Assembly: GCA_035437825.1 (NCBI GenBank)
Contig: DAOMYX010000008.1
Location: forward strand, 730 to 64,729
Reading direction: 5' to 3'
DNA: 64,000 bases
Source of the DNA: Alphaproteobacteria bacterium
GTDB taxonomy: Bacteria; Pseudomonadota; Alphaproteobacteria; Micavibrionales; UBA2020
Part shown: positions 61,293 through 64,000 of the stretch, in pieces
Layout of the letters: each line of letters starts with the position of its first letter
Position numbering within the stretch: the stretch's first letter is position 1
Made by a program: the position numbers and the translations under genes
Notes under the pieces: generated by a model
What the model saw: only the letters and a program-made list of their open reading frames with translations
What the model was told of the DNA's origin: nothing
The model's database searches: none

Positions 61293-62417
61293 ATGCAAAA
61301 AACGCTCGCCCTTAGTCGCGGTTTTACTCTCGTCGAACTGGCCATCAGCCTGACAATCATTGGCTTGCTTATCGGCGGCATTCTCAAAGGGCAGGAAATG
61401 GTTGTCACCGCGCGCGTTGCATCGACAATCTCTCAGGTCAATGCCTACGAATCCGCTCTGATAACCTTCCGCGATAAATATGATGCCCTGCCTGGCGATA
61501 TGCCTAACGCCTCCCGCCACATTCCCGGCTGCAATGCAAATTGCGACCCGTTTGCCGCAACCGCAGGCAACAGCGTCGTCGGTGCGCCGGACTGGCTTGC
61601 AGGATGGGCCACGCAAACATCTGCGCCTATCGTCCTGCCCGCAACATCAGAAGAGGCCGAAACGACACTGTTCTGGCTGCACCTTCTCAAGGCTGACATG
61701 ATTAGCGGTGTCTCGGATGGCGCGCTGACAGGCCAAAACCCTACATGGGGGGACACACATCCCGCATCCAAGTTCAGAGGCGGCTTTGTCGTGGGAACTG
61801 CGAACGGCGGATTCAGCCTAAGCTCTCTTTCTACCCCAAAGAGCACACAGTTTGCCGAAATATTGCAACAGCATCTACGGCCCCCCGGGATTACGCAAGC
61901 GCCACAATTGGCTGAAATTATCGCTGCAAATATCCATGACAGTATGTTCAGCCCTGCCCTTGCGGCTAATGGTAATGGCAACGGAAATGGCAACGGCGGC
62001 GGCGGCGGCTTTGGTGGCCCCGGATGTCCGGGACAGGGCAACGGACCTGGCCAGGGCGCAGGCTGCGGCCTTGGTGGAGGTAACGGCGGCGGTAACGGCG
62101 GTGGTGGCGGCGGTGGTAACGGCGGTGGCGGTGGTGGTGGAGGCTCTTCTGTCACTGGTCCGAGCGGTATTGTCATCGCCATGCTTCATGTTCCCACCAC
62201 CGATGGAATAGAAGAGTTGAGCGCCGAAGGCATGCAGCCGATGACACCTGGACAGGCTGCAAAAATTGACAGAAAAATGGATGACGGCTATCCGGCCTCC
62301 GGCAGCGTTTACGCATACGGACTTATGAACAGCTGCTTCACATCTGCCGCTGTTCTTCAATACAATGAGGCCGTCACCTCCTACGACTGCGGCCTCGTTT
62401 TTCGCATCCAGAAGTAA
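61293..62417 (+). CDS. Prepilin-type N-terminal cleavage/methylation-domain protein (type IV pilin/pseudopilin-like) with an internal Gly/Asn low-complexity insertion
   Basis: It has the class III signal MQKTLALSRG|FTLVELAISLTIIGLLIGG. It is a paralogue of 62544-63413. Confidence 0.8.
   Translation: MQKTLALSRGFTLVELAISLTIIGLLIGGILKGQEMVVTARVASTISQVNAYESALITFRDKYDALPGDMPNASRHIPGCNANCDPFAATAGNSVVGAPDWLAGWATQTSAPIVLPATSEEAETTLFWLHLLKADMISGVSDGALTGQNPTWGDTHPASKFRGGFVVGTANGGFSLSSLSTPKSTQFAEILQQHLRPPGITQAPQLAEIIAANIHDSMFSPALAANGNGNGNGNGGGGGFGGPGCPGQGNGPGQGAGCGLGGGNGGGNGGGGGGGNGGGGGGGGSSVTGPSGIVIAMLHVPTTDGIEELSAEGMQPMTPGQAAKIDRKMDDGYPASGSVYAYGLMNSCFTSAAVLQYNEAVTSYDCGLVFRIQK
61967..62144 (+). repeat. 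In-frame (AAT/GGN)n low-complexity tract encoding NGNGNGNGNGGGGGFGG...GGGNGGGGGGGG
   Basis: A run of GGC/GGT/AAC/AAT codons with short internal repeats (GGTAACGGCGG occurs three times). Confidence 0.8.
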
Positions 62418-62543
62418 CCCCCTTGCGGAGTACATGAATTTTAGTTGATTTCCTCAACTAAATCTTAAGATTAACAACTTAAAATATGCTATAAGCTTAT
62501 CTGCTGTTGTATTCCTACAATAAAAAGCATCTCAAGAGGGTCG

Positions 62544-63413
62544 GTGCAAGACTTCATTCAAAAACAACGCGCACCGCGCGCGGCATCACACAATGTCCGC
62601 GGTTTCACGCTGGTCGAGCTCGCGATTGTCATGACCGTCATCGGGATAGTCGTCGGCTCTATCATCAAAGGGCAGGAGATGATTAAAAATGCCCGCGCCA
62701 CCGCGACCATCACACAGATGCAATCATACCAAACCGCCGTCATCAATTTCCGCGACGCCTTCGGCGCGATGCCGGGTGATATGCGCAATGCCGCCACCCG
62801 TATTCCGAATTGCAATGCCAACTGCACCCCTTTCGCAGATGAATCCAACGACAATATTATTGGAAGCCCCGCATGGGGCGATGACTGGATGGCGCAGGCC
62901 GGCACAACCGTCAACTTGCCCGCAACATCCGTCGCGGACGAAACGGTTCTGTTCTGGGCGCATCTGACGCTCAGCGACATGATTGGCGGCGTTAACAACG
63001 CCGCCATCCGCAGCGGCAACGAGCGCATTGCCTGGACGCATACGCATCCCGCCTCCCCCATAGGGGGCGGATTTGTGGTCGGTTTTGTCAACGGCCAGCC
63101 CCTACCGGGCGACCCGCGCGAAGATGACCCTTCAGACCCTGCCGTTCTGGGGCCGCGCGGACTTGTGTTCATGATTGTCAATTCGCCTTTGTCGGGCGGT
63201 ATAGACCAGCTTTCAACCTCGGCCGAGCAGGTTATGCCCGTCCACATCGCGCAAATTATTGACGGGAAAATTGATGACGGTTATCCGCATCTTGGACGCG
63301 TGCGCGCCTACGGTCTCAGCAGTTCATGTTATGGCGGCGACCAGTACGACCCGCATTATGCGGCGCGCTCCGGCATGCAGGATTGCGGCATCGCGTTTGA
63401 AATGGCCTGGTAA
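62544..63413 (+). CDS. Prepilin-type N-terminal cleavage/methylation-domain protein, paralogue of 61293-62417
   Basis: It has a GTG start and the leader ...SHNVRG|FTLVELAIVMTVIGIVVGS. Shared blocks with the paralogue are IPNCNANCTPFA, LPATS, THPAS, DDGYP and DCG. Confidence 0.8.
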   Translation: MQDFIQKQRAPRAASHNVRGFTLVELAIVMTVIGIVVGSIIKGQEMIKNARATATITQMQSYQTAVINFRDAFGAMPGDMRNAATRIPNCNANCTPFADESNDNIIGSPAWGDDWMAQAGTTVNLPATSVADETVLFWAHLTLSDMIGGVNNAAIRSGNERIAWTHTHPASPIGGGFVVGFVNGQPLPGDPREDDPSDPAVLGPRGLVFMIVNSPLSGGIDQLSTSAEQVMPVHIAQIIDGKIDDGYPHLGRVRAYGLSSSCYGGDQYDPHYAARSGMQDCGIAFEMAW

Positions 63414-63427
63414 GGCGCAGCAGAGGA

Positions 63428-63784
63428 TTACTCCGCCAGCGTTTCCGCCTTTATCCACCCCAGATAATCATCCAGACCGCCAAGCACGGGCAAAGACACC
63501 GCGCACGGCACCTCATAGGGATGCAGCGTCTTTATCCGCTGCATCAGCGTAGCCGATACATCCGCGCGGGTTTTGAGGATAACCACAACCTCCGACGCAC
63601 GTTCGACCTTGCCCTGCCAACGATATACGGATGTCATACCGGGCAGGATATTGGCGCAAGCAGCCAGCTTTTCTTCGACGGCAGCAGCGGCAATATGTTC
63701 CGCAACTTCCGCCGACGGTGCGGTGACGTAAATAAAAACGATACCGGTTTCTTCCGGCATAACAATCTCGGCTTGCGCCGTCAT
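63428..63784 (-). CDS. cutA: Divalent-cation tolerance protein CutA
   Basis: 118 aa with VFIYVTAPS...KLAACANILPGMTSVYRWQGKVE...LKT...HPYEVP. Confidence 0.9.
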   Translation of the reverse strand: MTAQAEIVMPEETGIVFIYVTAPSAEVAEHIAAAAVEEKLAACANILPGMTSVYRWQGKVERASEVVVILKTRADVSATLMQRIKTLHPYEVPCAVSLPVLGGLDDYLGWIKAETLAE

Positions 63785-64000
63785 GACGGCCTGCGGGTTT
63801 TCAAATCATACCGCGCACCGGCAGGCAGTTTATCGACGCGGAAGCCTGCGGCTTCGAAAACTTCGCCGCGCTCCACGTCTGCCATGTTACAACGCTCAAG
63901 CCCGCGGCCATCGACGAATGTTACCGTGCCGCTGCCGACAATCTCCATGACGCCGTCTTTGCGCAGCACCGCGGCGGTGTCTTCGTCAACACCGATGCCC
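63781..64000 (-). CDS. C-terminal part of a cyanophycinase-like (peptidase S51) protein; N-terminus lies beyond the window end
   Basis: The frame is open to the window edge: GIGVDEDTAAVLRKDGVMEIVGSGTVTFVDGRG...FRVDKLPAGARYDLKTRRP. This resembles the CphE C-terminus. The stop overlaps the cutA start. Confidence 0.5.
   Translation of the reverse strand, partial: GIGVDEDTAAVLRKDGVMEIVGSGTVTFVDGRGLERCNMADVERGEVFEAAGFRVDKLPAGARYDLKTRRPS

Noticed and set aside
61967-62144. Tandem-repeat or CRISPR-like array
   Set aside because: The repeats are short codon-level reiterations lying in frame inside a pilin-like CDS. There are no spacer-repeat units and no cas genes.

Overview
This 64-kb segment looks like part of an alphaproteobacterial chromosome. 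The evidence is a CcrM-type methyltransferase and the gene orders rplU-rpmA-obg, hom-glpX-recJ and rplM-rpsI.

- **1-18957:** This appears to be the distal end of an integrative mobilizable element. A MobA/VirD2-type relaxase runs off the left edge and is missing from the ORF track because it has no in-window stop. It is followed by MobC and a ~1-kb non-coding gap with oriT-like repeats. After that comes an AT-richer block made up only of metal-resistance genes. These are two CDF transporters, CzcCBA, a P1B Cu-ATPase with CsoR, a PcoA/PcoB multicopper-oxidase module with DUF2231 and YHS proteins, and two paralogous small Cys-rich secreted proteins. Two gene remnants (lspA and a second ATPase) also lie in the block. 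The block ends at a truncated tRNA-Ser(UGA) 3-prime copy, which is a probable att site.
- **20-28 kb:** One minus-strand operon combines an FeS-type (6-4) photolyase/cryptochrome with the FAD-oxidase, DUF1365 and CFA-synthase-like gene set linked to singlet-oxygen and furan-fatty-acid chemistry. An OmpR-type two-component system sits just upstream.
- **30-64 kb:** This part is mostly housekeeping: bcp, rplU, rpmA, obg, pepN, rnhB, ccrM, tRNA-Glu, recJ, glpX, hom, carbonic anhydrases, rpsI, rplM and cutA.

The items least explained by known families are:
- a three-gene operon whose 766-aa product carries two GGDEF/palm-like domains and no sensor domain;
- a pair of orphan prepilin-like paralogues, one with a Gly/Asn low-complexity insertion;
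- a candidate C-rich small RNA;
- a cluster of five GANTC sites in front of ccrM.

I saw no CRISPR array, rRNA, transposase or integrase. Many long ORFs in the track are antisense shadow ORFs of GC-rich genes.
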